This document shows, piece after piece, positions 1 through 9,350 of a stretch of 64,000 nt of DNA. The position numbers and the translations under genes were made by a program. The notes beneath the pieces are model-generated. The model was not told the origin of the DNA. It made no database searches and saw nothing but the letters and a program-made list of their open reading frames with translations. How positions within the stretch are numbered: the first letter of the stretch is position 1; every line of letters begins with the position of its first letter. Source of the stretch: an uncultured Gammaproteobacteria bacterium (lineage in GTDB: Bacteria > Patescibacteriota > Patescibacteriia > VMEV01 > CAYQCH01); the NCBI GenBank assembly GCA_964503955.1, contig CAZDCG010000002.1:141047-205046 (forward strand), in the 5' to 3' direction.

Positions 1-3000
1 AAAATGGCAATCCGATTGAAACCCCGGAAGAAATGTTTTACCGCATCGCCAATTTCATGGCGCAAGGAGATAAGAAATTCAATCCCAAAGCGGATGTTAC
101 CGATCTCACCGACAAGTTCTATCAGATGCTCGCCAAGCTTGAATTCGTGCCCGGCGGCCGCGCATTCTTTGAAGCTGGCAATGACCATACCGGACAGATG
201 GCGTCCTGCTTTGTTTTGCCGATTGAAGACAGCCTGGAAGCGATTTTTCAGACCATGAAAGACGCGGCGATCACGCAGCAGAATAATGGCGGAACAGGAT
301 TTAACTTTTCAAAAATCCGTCCAAAAGGAGACAGTGTCAAAGGCGTTCCAGGCGTAGCCGCGGGACCGGTGCATTACTTGCGCAGCTTTGACCAGGCATT
401 CAGCCAATTGCTGCAGGGAGGAAAGCGCCATGGCGGAAACATGGGCGTGCTCAATATTGATCATCCCGACATTGAGGAATTCATCAAGCTGAAGGATTCT
501 GGATCCGGCATCAAGAATTTCAATATCTCCGTTGGCGTAACCGCCAAGTTTATGGAAGCGGTGCGCGCAGACGCGAGCTGGGATCTGATCAATCCCCGCA
601 ATGGCGAAGCCGTGAAAACCGTGCAGGCGCGCTATCTCTTTGACATGATTACCCAGCGCGCCTGGGAATGCGCTGACCCCGGCATGATTTTCCTCGACCA
701 GGTTGCGGCGGGAAATAACAATGCCCATCTGTATGAAATGGTCGCGACCAATCCATGCGGAGAACAGCCGCTTGGCCCGTATGAATCCTGCAATCTTGGT
801 TCGGTTGTGCTTTCAAACCACGTCACACCGGCCGGGGAAGTAGACTGGCCAAAACTAACCCGCACCGCCAAGCTCGCCACACGTTTCATGGACAATATGA
901 TCGAGCTGAACAAATATCCGATTCCGGCGATCGACTATATGGTGCGCCAGACCCGCAAAATCGGCATCGGCGTGATGGGATTTGCCCAGATGCTCTATAA
1001 GCTTGGCATTGGCTATAACTCGGAAGAAGCCGTCAAGCTCATGGAAAAGATCATGAAGCATATCCATACGTCCGTGGAAGAAGAAAGTTCGAAGCTGGCT
1101 GAAGAGCGCGGCGTGTATCCAGCCTGGCAGGGAAGCCGCTGGGAACAGAAAGGCATTCAAATCCGCAACAGCCATTTAACAAGCATCGCGCCGACCGGAA
1201 CCATCTCCATGCTTGCCAATACCTCTTCCGGCATTGAACCCTATTTCAACCTTGTCACCATCCGCCGTTCGTTCTTTAACCAGAGCGGAGACAATTCTGC
1301 TGCCAAAGCGCAGGTGCTTCGCATTGTGGCTGAAGACTTTGAAAAAGTCGCGCGCGAACGTGGATTCTATTCAGACGAACTCATGGACCGCATCGCTGAA
1401 GAAGGAACGCTCCAGGGTTTTGATGAAATCCCGGAAGACGTAAAACGCGTCTTTGTAACCACGCATGATGTTGATTATCAATGGCATGTAAAGATCCAGG
1501 CTGCCGCGCAGAAATGGACCGACGCGGCCGTGTCTAAGACCGTGAATTTGCCGCATAATGCCAAAATCGAAGATGTTCGCAACGCATATATCCTGGCGTA
1601 TGAAACCGGCTGCAAAGGAATCACCATTTACCGTGACGGCTCAAAATCAGGCCAGGTATTAAACCTCGCCGAGAAAAAGGAAGCGAAAAAACCGGAAGCG
1701 GCTCAGCCAAGCCCTGCCGTGCAGATGCCTGTTATTCCCGAACCTGTTTCAGCGCCGGTTGCCGCTTCAGCTCCGCTCATCAAAGGCAGCGACTTAAACT
1801 CAGAAGCGTTTATTACCGACAATGCGTTGACAGTTCTTGAAAAGCGCGCGCTTCGTAAAGACGAACAGGGGAATGTGGTTGAAACCCCAGAAGACCTCTT
1901 CCGCCGCGTGGCAAAATTCGTGGCTGGTCCTGAGGCAGAATACGACGTGCCGGCTCCTCGCATTGCTGAAATCGAAGAACAGTTCTACCAGATGCTTTCC
2001 CGGCTTGAATTCATTGCCGGCCAGCCCTTGCGCAATTCCGACACGAACCTGACCATGTCCGCTTGTCTTGTTCTGCCGATTGAAGATCATATTGAAGGCA
2101 TCATGCAGACGATTTCTGAAAATGTCTTCGCGCATAAGTCAACCTGCGGAACCGGCATCAACTACTCAAAACTCCGCATGAAAGGCAGTGCGGTTGGAGC
2201 CGTCGGGCCGATTGCGGCGGGGCCTGTTCACTTCATGAAAGCGGTTTCCGTAGCGCAGAAGACGATTCAGACCAAGGGCGGACGCAGCCAGGGCAGCATG
2301 GGTATTCTCAATGTGGATCATCCTGACATCGAAGAATTCATCCGCGCCAAAGACAAAGAAGGGGAATTCGACAATATGAATATCTCCGTTGGCGCGACCG
2401 ACGCCTTCATGCGCGCGCTGCAGAATGACCAGGAATACGACATGGTTGATCCGGGTACCGGAAACGTGGCACGCCGCGTGCGCGCGAGAGAGATTTTCGA
2501 CCAGATCGCTGAGCATGCCTGGGTGAGCGGAGATCCGGGATTGATTTTCGTCGACCGCCTTGAAGCAGACAACCCGACGCCGCAGCTTGGCGTGCTGAAC
2601 GCGACCAATCCTTGCGGAGAACAGCCGCTCCTGCCGTATGAAACCTGCAATCTTGGTTCAATCGTGCTTTCCCGTATGGTCAAAGCCGACGCGCAGGGAA
2701 ATCCTGTTATCGACTGGGATCGCTTGGCGCATGTCGTCTACTACAGCGTGCGGTTCCTCGACAACACCATTGACGTAAACAATTTCCCATTGGCCAAAGT
2801 GGAACAGATGTCAAAAGGCACCCGCCGCATTGGACTTGGCGTAATGGGCTTTGCCGATCTGCTCATCAAGCTTGGCGTGCCGTATAACTCGTCTAAAGCC
2901 GTGGAATTGGCTGAAGACCTGATGAAGTTCATTAATGAAAAAGCGCATCAGGCAAGCGAACAGCTTGGAGAGGAAAAAGGATCGTTCCCGTACTTCGATA

Positions 3001-4343
3001 TTTCCGTCTGGCCTGAAAAGGGCGTGAAAGCGCGCCGCAATTCAGCTGTAACTACCATCGCGCCAACGGGGTATACCAGCATTGTGGCCAACTGTTCATC
3101 AGGCATTGAACCGATTTACGCGCTGGCATTCCGCCGCGAGAATTCCATGGGCGGAACCGACCAGTTCGAAACCAATTTCCTCTTCGAGAAAGTGGCGCGC
3201 GAACGCGGATTCTACACGCCTGAAATCATGGAACAGGTGGTTGAGCATGGCACGATCAAAGATATCGCCGGCATCCCGCAAGACGTCAAAGATATCTTTG
3301 TAACGGCCTTTGACACGACTCCTGAATGGCATATCCGTATCCAGGCGGCCTTCCAGAAATATACCGACAATGCCGTCTCCAAAACCATCAATTTCCCGAA
3401 TAACGCGACTGTTGAAGATATCCGCCGCGCGTATATTCTCGCTTATGAACTTGGCTGCAAGGGCGTAACCATTTTCCGCGACGGCAGCCGTGAAGAACAG
3501 GCTTTGCGTCTTGGAAAGAAAGATAAGGAAACACCTGCCGCGGAAATCAGTATCAGCGAAGAGCGCGTGGCCATCACCGAGCCGACCACTATTCATGAAG
3601 CGCGCCAGATTCTTTCCCGCGTGATTGAAAAACGCCCTCGTCCAACCGTTGTCGCCGGCAAAACCTACAAGAAGAAAACCGGCTACGGCGATATGTACGT
3701 GACCGTGAATGACGATATTGAAGGGCATCCATTCGAAGTCTTTGCCACCATCGGCAAAACCGGCGGCGTGTACGCGGCGAAATCTGAATCCATCTGCCGG
3801 CTTGTTTCTCTTGCCTTGCGTTCAGGCATTAAAGTGGAAGACGTGATCCAGCAGCTGCAGGGAATCCGCGGGCCGATGCCGATCTGGGATAATGGCGTGC
3901 AGGTATTCTCTATTGCGGACGCGATCGCGCAGGTCTTGCGCCAGCATGTGCAGGACGGCCAGGCGCAAATGAAGCTGTTTGAAGAGAAAAAAGAACCTGT
4001 CCAGAAAATCAATGTCACTGCTGAAGCAAAACCGCAGACGGAAGCAACTGAAGTTGAAGCCAAGCAGCCAAAGCAGACCTTGATGAACGCGGCAACAAAG
4101 GTGGATGAAAAACCGCGAGAAACCGTGACGGTCAGTATCGCGCAGGTGAAGGAAACCGTAACCGATGTTGTCTCTGCCACAACCAGCGCGCCAACACCGT
4201 CCGCGCAGACAAAGTCCGCAGCTCCAACGCAGAAGTATCAGGAAATGGGGATCTCTACACAATGTCCAGATTGCGGATATGGACTGGAGTTCTCTGAAGG
4301 GTGTCTGCTCTGTCGAGGGTGTGGGTACAGTAAATGTGGGTAG
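1..4343 (+). CDS. nrdJ: Adenosylcobalamin-dependent (class II) ribonucleotide reductase with tandem catalytic domains, TSCPD-like domain and C-terminal Cys ribbon; 5' end lies before the window
   Basis: The frame is open from base 3 (NGNPIETPEEMFYRIA). It has two sets of catalytic motifs: ASCFV/NPCGEQ/SCNLGS/IAPTGT and SACLV/NPCGEQ/TCNLGS/IAPTGY. A TSCPD-like region (TGYGDMYVTVN...SIADAIA) and CPDCG...CLLCRGCGYSKCG follow. No beta subunit gene is adjacent. Confidence 0.93.
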   Translation, partial: NGNPIETPEEMFYRIANFMAQGDKKFNPKADVTDLTDKFYQMLAKLEFVPGGRAFFEAGNDHTGQMASCFVLPIEDSLEAIFQTMKDAAITQQNNGGTGFNFSKIRPKGDSVKGVPGVAAGPVHYLRSFDQAFSQLLQGGKRHGGNMGVLNIDHPDIEEFIKLKDSGSGIKNFNISVGVTAKFMEAVRADASWDLINPRNGEAVKTVQARYLFDMITQRAWECADPGMIFLDQVAAGNNNAHLYEMVATNPCGEQPLGPYESCNLGSVVLSNHVTPAGEVDWPKLTRTAKLATRFMDNMIELNKYPIPAIDYMVRQTRKIGIGVMGFAQMLYKLGIGYNSEEAVKLMEKIMKHIHTSVEEESSKLAEERGVYPAWQGSRWEQKGIQIRNSHLTSIAPTGTISMLANTSSGIEPYFNLVTIRRSFFNQSGDNSAAKAQVLRIVAEDFEKVARERGFYSDELMDRIAEEGTLQGFDEIPEDVKRVFVTTHDVDYQWHVKIQAAAQKWTDAAVSKTVNLPHNAKIEDVRNAYILAYETGCKGITIYRDGSKSGQVLNLAEKKEAKKPEAAQPSPAVQMPVIPEPVSAPVAASAPLIKGSDLNSEAFITDNALTVLEKRALRKDEQGNVVETPEDLFRRVAKFVAGPEAEYDVPAPRIAEIEEQFYQMLSRLEFIAGQPLRNSDTNLTMSACLVLPIEDHIEGIMQTISENVFAHKSTCGTGINYSKLRMKGSAVGAVGPIAAGPVHFMKAVSVAQKTIQTKGGRSQGSMGILNVDHPDIEEFIRAKDKEGEFDNMNISVGATDAFMRALQNDQEYDMVDPGTGNVARRVRAREIFDQIAEHAWVSGDPGLIFVDRLEADNPTPQLGVLNATNPCGEQPLLPYETCNLGSIVLSRMVKADAQGNPVIDWDRLAHVVYYSVRFLDNTIDVNNFPLAKVEQMSKGTRRIGLGVMGFADLLIKLGVPYNSSKAVELAEDLMKFINEKAHQASEQLGEEKGSFPYFDISVWPEKGVKARRNSAVTTIAPTGYTSIVANCSSGIEPIYALAFRRENSMGGTDQFETNFLFEKVARERGFYTPEIMEQVVEHGTIKDIAGIPQDVKDIFVTAFDTTPEWHIRIQAAFQKYTDNAVSKTINFPNNATVEDIRRAYILAYELGCKGVTIFRDGSREEQALRLGKKDKETPAAEISISEERVAITEPTTIHEARQILSRVIEKRPRPTVVAGKTYKKKTGYGDMYVTVNDDIEGHPFEVFATIGKTGGVYAAKSESICRLVSLALRSGIKVEDVIQQLQGIRGPMPIWDNGVQVFSIADAIAQVLRQHVQDGQAQMKLFEEKKEPVQKINVTAEAKPQTEATEVEAKQPKQTLMNAATKVDEKPRETVTVSIAQVKETVTDVVSATTSAPTPSAQTKSAAPTQKYQEMGISTQCPDCGYGLEFSEGCLLCRGCGYSKCG

Positions 4344-4353
4344 GGAATAAAAT

Positions 4354-4377
4354 AGAGAGGCCGAAAGGCCTCTCTTG
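4354..4377 (+). terminator. Intrinsic terminator-like hairpin after nrdJ
   Basis: AGAGAGGCC-GAAA-GGCCTCTCT. Confidence 0.7.
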
Positions 4378-4384
4378 TCAAAAT

Positions 4385-5023
4385 ATGTTTAGAAAGCTCA
4401 AAAGGTATGAACTCCCTAGACGATCAATGACCCAGATACAGGGAATGACACGAATCCTCTTTGTTGATGACAAAAGCTTTAGAGTCGTGAATATACTTCA
4501 AAAACAGGGGTGGAGGCATGTAGATAAAGTAAACGATGTAGATAACTTATCAGACGATTTAGTTGTAAACGCTCATATACTTTTCGTCGATATCATGGGG
4601 GTAGGTAAAAGCTTGATGTTTAGGGATGAAGGGCTAGGATTGATTAGAGCTTTGAAAGAAAAATACCCTGAAAAGCGAGTAATTATTTATTCGGCGAATC
4701 CTAACAATAACATTTTTAATGGAGCTATTGATTTAGCCGATGCGCGACTTGATAAAAATGCGGAACCCATTGAATTTATCAACCGAGTTGAACAGTTTGC
4801 CCAGGAGGCGTTTTCTTTCAAGGAATTTTTAGTGCGAATTAAAAGAATCATGTCGGAATATGGCATTGATAAAGAAATGTCTGAGATGGAGAAGGAAATA
4901 GCTCGGATTTGTGCTGATGGCAAAGTGAATGACTCACTGATCCGAAAGTATCTCAAGCCATCTTCTGAGGTGGTATTTTTGCTGCTAAAAGCCTCATTGG
5001 TGGTATTCAATGAAGGAGGTTAA
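4385..5023 (+). CDS. Response regulator receiver-domain protein (no recognisable DNA-binding output)
   Basis: Receiver motifs ILFVDD, LFVDIMG (phospho-Asp), IIYSA and LDK; AT-rich codon usage. Confidence 0.7.
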   Translation: MFRKLKRYELPRRSMTQIQGMTRILFVDDKSFRVVNILQKQGWRHVDKVNDVDNLSDDLVVNAHILFVDIMGVGKSLMFRDEGLGLIRALKEKYPEKRVIIYSANPNNNIFNGAIDLADARLDKNAEPIEFINRVEQFAQEAFSFKEFLVRIKRIMSEYGIDKEMSEMEKEIARICADGKVNDSLIRKYLKPSSEVVFLLLKASLVVFNEGG

Positions 5024-5024
5024 T

Positions 5025-6035
5025 ATGGGAGATCTACTATTCGTCTGGAACGAAAACGATGAATTGCTGTTCACAAATCAGTCAAGCAGGAATATTTCAA
5101 AAGAACAGGTTTTATCAGGGTGCACTTATCATAGGGATTGCAGAAAATACCAGGAGCGTTCCTCAAAATTTTTGATTTACTTTTGCTCCGACGAAGCTCG
5201 AAAATCCCGTCAATTTTTCTTGAATAAGGTCAATGCGTATCAAGCTGCATTTAAAGAGTTGGAGGAAGTAATTGAAAAAGCTAAAGCTCACGCGCTTGAA
5301 AGCTTTGATTCCCTGAGACATGATTTAAAAACATACAACGGAGTTGCAATTCAAAATTTTTTTGAGTTTATGGGGATAGAAAAGTTGGCTCAAGGGACGG
5401 GCCAACAATTAGAGTTTATAGAACAAAAAATAAAACAGGAACCGAAGAGGGCATCAGAAGTTTTCTTGACGATGTTGAAAGATCAGTTGTTGATGAAAGC
5501 AGAGTTAAATGCGTTCGAAATTCTGCATGAACGAAAAGGGCTTCAAAAAAGTTTTCACGATGTTCATAAATTGCTTTATCAAGGTTTCAATATTTTCAGT
5601 TTGGATTTTCAATCTCGATCGGTCTCTTATGGTTTTTCTGATTATCGGGGTAAAGCTTATATAGACTATCCCTCTGTAAGTGCAGCCATCACCAAAATCG
5701 TAGATAATGTGGTAAAGTTTTCATTGCCAGGTAGCCATGTGAATATTAAATTCAATGAAGATCAGGAGACTGTTCGTGTGGATATAGAAATGACTAGTCT
5801 TTGCGTAAAAGATAAAGAAAGGCTTCTAGTTTTCACAAAAGGATATTCCGGCGAATGTGCTGTGAGATCCTTATTAGCTGGGGATGGTTTAGGTATGTAT
5901 TTAGCAAAGAATTTTTTGATGCTAAACTCGGGAAATCTTCATTTTTATCCTCGCACAGATTCAAAAATTAGAGAGAAATATGACAACCAGTATTATGAGA
6001 AGAATCTTGTTCAAGTAGTGTTGCCCAAAAAATAA
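5025..6035 (+). CDS. Soluble histidine kinase-like protein (HisKA/HATPase_c)
   Basis: H-box LRHDLKT, N-box IVDNVVKFS, F-box VFTKGYS, G2 GDGLGMY; SD GGAGGT before ATG 5025; no TM segment. Confidence 0.7.
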   Translation: MGDLLFVWNENDELLFTNQSSRNISKEQVLSGCTYHRDCRKYQERSSKFLIYFCSDEARKSRQFFLNKVNAYQAAFKELEEVIEKAKAHALESFDSLRHDLKTYNGVAIQNFFEFMGIEKLAQGTGQQLEFIEQKIKQEPKRASEVFLTMLKDQLLMKAELNAFEILHERKGLQKSFHDVHKLLYQGFNIFSLDFQSRSVSYGFSDYRGKAYIDYPSVSAAITKIVDNVVKFSLPGSHVNIKFNEDQETVRVDIEMTSLCVKDKERLLVFTKGYSGECAVRSLLAGDGLGMYLAKNFLMLNSGNLHFYPRTDSKIREKYDNQYYEKNLVQVVLPKK

Positions 6036-6146
6036 GAACTTTTGTGCATGGGGTCCTGTGTAGTAAAGTGAGCTCCCTTAATCCCCTTTCTAATCTAGGT
6101 GGGTAAGGTATGAAAACCAAAGCCCCATTTTCCTAACCACACCCCT

Positions 6147-6824
6147 ATGCCATTCGAACGAATACCAAATAACGAACAGCCAAAACCTCTGAAGGAGCGG
6201 ATGAGCAGGGGGGAGCTGTCCAAAGAGGAAAAAGAAAGACTCGTGCCCGTGCTTGAGCGCGCGGCGCGGTACGGTTTGCCGCTGCAGCTTCATTCTCCAG
6301 ATCCCAGGCAATTGCCGCGGCTTGATGACGTGGTTGAATGGATGAATAAAACCATCGAAATGCTCGAAAATGATTTGAAACGGGATCATCGCAAACGATT
6401 GCTGGAAAATATGAGCAGGGAGGAACAGGAGCGGCTGCTGGTGCTGTATCAGACCCCGGAGGACGAGCTTGCAAAAATCGGTCTGACAAAAGAAGAAGTC
6501 GACCATATGCTGCCTGAACTCGATCCAAGCAGTCTTGATGAAGCTGAGCTTGAAGATCTGATGACACGCAATGATCATGAGCGCGCAAGGCTTTTGCTGA
6601 AAACCGGCATGATTGATCCTTTCGATACATCGCCTTTGCCTAAACCCGAACAAAAAGACGAATATCTGGCGAAAATTTTTGAATTGGAACAAAAGTTTAC
6701 GGAAGATCGGCACGCGTTTAGCCAGGCGCTGCGTTTGCAAAACGAGCGCGGCCGCTGGTTTGGCCTTGGTCATGAAATGGGCAAGGAGTATTTAGAGCGA
6801 GTGAAAAAAGAGCTTGGAGAGTAG
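6147..6824 (+). CDS. Hypothetical protein (charged, helical)
   Basis: 225-aa ORF with host-like codon usage and TATG start context. Confidence 0.65.
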   Translation: MPFERIPNNEQPKPLKERMSRGELSKEEKERLVPVLERAARYGLPLQLHSPDPRQLPRLDDVVEWMNKTIEMLENDLKRDHRKRLLENMSREEQERLLVLYQTPEDELAKIGLTKEEVDHMLPELDPSSLDEAELEDLMTRNDHERARLLLKTGMIDPFDTSPLPKPEQKDEYLAKIFELEQKFTEDRHAFSQALRLQNERGRWFGLGHEMGKEYLERVKKELGE

Positions 6825-6905
6825 GTTTTCTTCGAGGTGAGCTCCTGGATTTTTCCCTGCAGACATACTAAGAATGCTTCGCCATGAACTCGGTAGGAGG
6901 AAACA

Positions 6906-7379
6906 ATGAATAATTTGCAGGATGCCGAAAAGTTCGCGGCACACCTTCGCAAAAAGACCGAAAATCCGGTGCTGGTGGTCAACTACTCGCCGGATATCCC
7001 TCAGCCGGAACATTCCAAGGGGAGAATCCGGTGCCTCGCGTCCACGGGGGAGATCCGCGACTTGAGCGGGTGGACGCTTGAGGTCGTTGAGCTGCATTTG
7101 GTGCGTCTGAAGGACGACTTCACCTATGCGGGGGCTCGACGGCAGATCGAAGCGCTCGATCTGCAGCCTTGCCGCCTTGAGGAATTGATCGCCTTGCGCG
7201 ATCAGTACGCCATGTATCGCAGCGGGCTTTACATCGCCCTTGAGGATGTCTGGTCTTCTGCTGAAGAGAGTTCTTTTGACGAGATCCCCGTCTTGCGGGA
7301 CGGGATGATCGAGTTCAAGACCTTGCACCCCGAGTCCCACTGGACTCCGGTCGCGCTCTTTGGCGCCGTTTGCAGGTGA
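6906..7379 (+). CDS. Hypothetical protein
   Basis: 157-aa ORF with strong SD (AGGAGG) and a downstream hairpin at 7398-7428. Confidence 0.6.
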   Translation: MNNLQDAEKFAAHLRKKTENPVLVVNYSPDIPQPEHSKGRIRCLASTGEIRDLSGWTLEVVELHLVRLKDDFTYAGARRQIEALDLQPCRLEELIALRDQYAMYRSGLYIALEDVWSSAEESSFDEIPVLRDGMIEFKTLHPESHWTPVALFGAVCR

Positions 7380-7530
7380 GACAATCCTGCAGATAGAGAG
7401 CCCCGGCTGATTCGATCGGCCGGGGTTCCAGACTTTTGAACTAGCTCTGTATTTGATATAATGTGTTTAGAAATCGAAGAACCACACGCCGCGAAGCTGT
7501 GGTTTTTTGTTTAACAATCTTTTTGGTATT

Positions 7531-8108
7531 AGATACCATCCCCGGCCCCTCCTGCCCGCCTACGGCGGATAAACCGGTAGGCAGACCCTCGGAGGAAAAG
7601 GGGAGTCTTTTCATCGTCATCCCCGCGGATTTGTTCGTCCGCCCGCCCAAGGCGTTAAGAGCTTAGCCAGCGGGGATCTCAACGTTCTATGCATCACCGC
7701 CGTTTTTATGTCTACATCATGACCAATAAGCCGCAAGGAGTTTTGTATATCGGAGTCACAAACGATATCGCGCGGCGGGTTTGGGAGCATCAACAAAAAA
7801 TCCACGATGGATTCACAGCCAGATATAATCTGGATAAGCTGGTGTATTGTGAAGAGATTCCATCTATTGAGGGGGCCATCATGAGAGAAAAGAGGCTGAA
7901 GAGATGGAATCGGGATTGGAAGATCAGCCTGATTGAAGATGTTAATCCAGAGTGGAAGGATCTGTCGAAGGAGTTTTAGATTAAGGACTCTCAGACCCCC
8001 GCTGGCCACGCGTTTGCCCTGCTCTGCAAGAAACGGTTCTATTCGCGGGGGTGACGAGAGGAAGAAGTATCCTACCCCTCCTCGTAGGAGGGGCAAGGGG
8101 TGGTATCT
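7531..8108. repeat. Nested palindromic repeat brackets around the GIY-YIG gene
   Basis: Outer inverted pair AGATACCATCCCC (7531) / GGGGTGGTATCT (8097); inner pair TCGTCATCCCCGCG (7614) / CGCGGGGGTGACGA (8044). Confidence 0.7.
7689..7979 (+). CDS. GIY-YIG nuclease family protein (small UPF0213-like)
   Basis: FYVYIM...LYIGVTND..RRV.EH and AI.REK.LK.W.R.WK..LIE..NP.W.DL. Confidence 0.9.
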   Translation: MHHRRFYVYIMTNKPQGVLYIGVTNDIARRVWEHQQKIHDGFTARYNLDKLVYCEEIPSIEGAIMREKRLKRWNRDWKISLIEDVNPEWKDLSKEF

Positions 8109-8226
8109 GGCAGTATGAATCTCTCGACAAGGGGGATGGAATGAGGAACTTTTTTCGTTGTGCGACAAGAAGTGGTACGCAGAGGGGCAAAACGCTATAA
8201 TAAGTCCTCAACATCCAGATAATTCT

Positions 8227-8796
8227 ATGTCCAAAAAAACGATCAACTACGGAGACGGAGCTGAAGCCTGGGGAAAGGTCCAGCTGTATACCGGCAAAGG
8301 GAAAGGGAAGACCACGGCGGCGCTTGGAACAGCTTTGCGCGCGCATGCAAACGGGAAAAAAGTGGCTTTTGTGTATTTTGACAAAGGAGGAACGCATTAT
8401 AGCGAGGCAAAGATTCTTGATGATCTTGGCATCGAGTATTATCGAACCGGTCTTGATCGCATCAATCCTGAAACAGGGCAATTTCGATTCGGTGTAACCG
8501 AAGAAGACAAAGCCGAAGGCAAGAGAGGACTCGACAAAGTCCGCGAGCTCATGGAGCGCGGCGATCTTGATGTGCTTGTTTGCGATGAAATCAATATCAG
8601 CGCGAGCCTTGGCATTATCAGCGAAGAGGACGTGCTTGAGCTGCTCAAGTTGAAAAAGCCCAAACTTGAATTGATCCTTACCGGACGCGACGCGCCGGCT
8701 TCGTTGGAAGAGGCGGCAGACCTCGTGACGGAAATGGCTCTGAAGAAGCATTATTTTTATAAGGGGGATCCCGCACGAGAAGGTTTGGACTATTAA
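8227..8796 (+). CDS. cobO: Cob(I)yrinic acid a,c-diamide / ATP:corrinoid adenosyltransferase (CobO/BtuR/CobA type)
   Basis: YTGKGKGKTTAALG..LRA, CDEI, ELILTGR, ADLVTEM, KH.FYKG..AR.GLDY. Confidence 0.93.
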   Translation: MSKKTINYGDGAEAWGKVQLYTGKGKGKTTAALGTALRAHANGKKVAFVYFDKGGTHYSEAKILDDLGIEYYRTGLDRINPETGQFRFGVTEEDKAEGKRGLDKVRELMERGDLDVLVCDEINISASLGIISEEDVLELLKLKKPKLELILTGRDAPASLEEAADLVTEMALKKHYFYKGDPAREGLDY

Positions 8797-8801
8797 GGAT
8801 G

Positions 8802-9064
8802 AGACTCCCGCTTGCTGCGCATCTTCCCTTGCTGCGCAAGAAAAGGTTTATCCGCGGGGGTGACGTGGTGGTGGCGATCCGACGAGGGAGGTTTCCGTTG
8901 AGAGGTTTTCCTACTTTAAAAATCTTCTCACCATCGTCATCCCCGCAAACAGAACTGTTCTGCCAAAGGCAGCTATAAAGCCACGCAAGCGGGGATCCCA
9001 AAGTCATATAAGCGTTGTTAATAAATGTTCCCCTCCCCGCGTGGGGAGGGGGCTGGGGGAGGGC
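8802..9064. repeat. Cluster of palindromic intergenic repeats
   Basis: 8802-8865 resembles 7993-8056; an inverted copy lies at 8935-8998; CCCTCCCCGCGTGGGGAGGG hairpin at 9031-9050. Confidence 0.65.
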
Positions 9065-9069
9065 CAGCT

Positions 9070-9097
9070 TTGACATCCTCTATTTTTCTGCTAAGCT
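9070..9097 (+). promoter_or_regulatory. Sigma70-type promoter upstream of the riboswitch
   Basis: TTGACA, 16-bp spacer, extended -10 TGcTAAGCT. Confidence 0.5.
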
Positions 9098-9111
9098 AGC
9101 TTCACCTTTAC

Positions 9112-9210
9112 AACCAGTCGTTTGGGGGAAGTCCGGTGAAAAACCGGCGCTGACCCGCAACAGTAAAGCCCCGTTTAAGGGGTTAAGCCTGGATACCCAA
9201 GCGATTGAAT
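9112..9210 (+). ncRNA. Cobalamin riboswitch (compact form)
   Basis: GGGAAgtccGGTGaAAaaccggcgCTGaCCCGCAACaGTAA core plus AAGCCTGGATACC; closing stem CAGTCGTTTGGG (9115)/CCCAAGCGATTG (9196); lies between cobO and the DUF4430 genes. Confidence 0.85.
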
Positions 9211-9350
9211 ATGCGCAAACCTTCTTCGCGGAACGAGAAGGGAGCAACTGGTTTGATCTCGCTAGACGGGCATGCGCTCGTCTGACACTGGTCAAATCAC
9301 TTGAACCCCGTCGCTTCCGCGTCGGGGTTCTTTGCTGAAAGGAAAAGCCG

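Noticed and set aside
1-4343. Intein or assembly duplication explaining the long RNR
   Set aside because: The extra length is a second RNR core with no intein splice motifs, and the halves are too diverged at nucleotide and protein level to be an assembly repeat.
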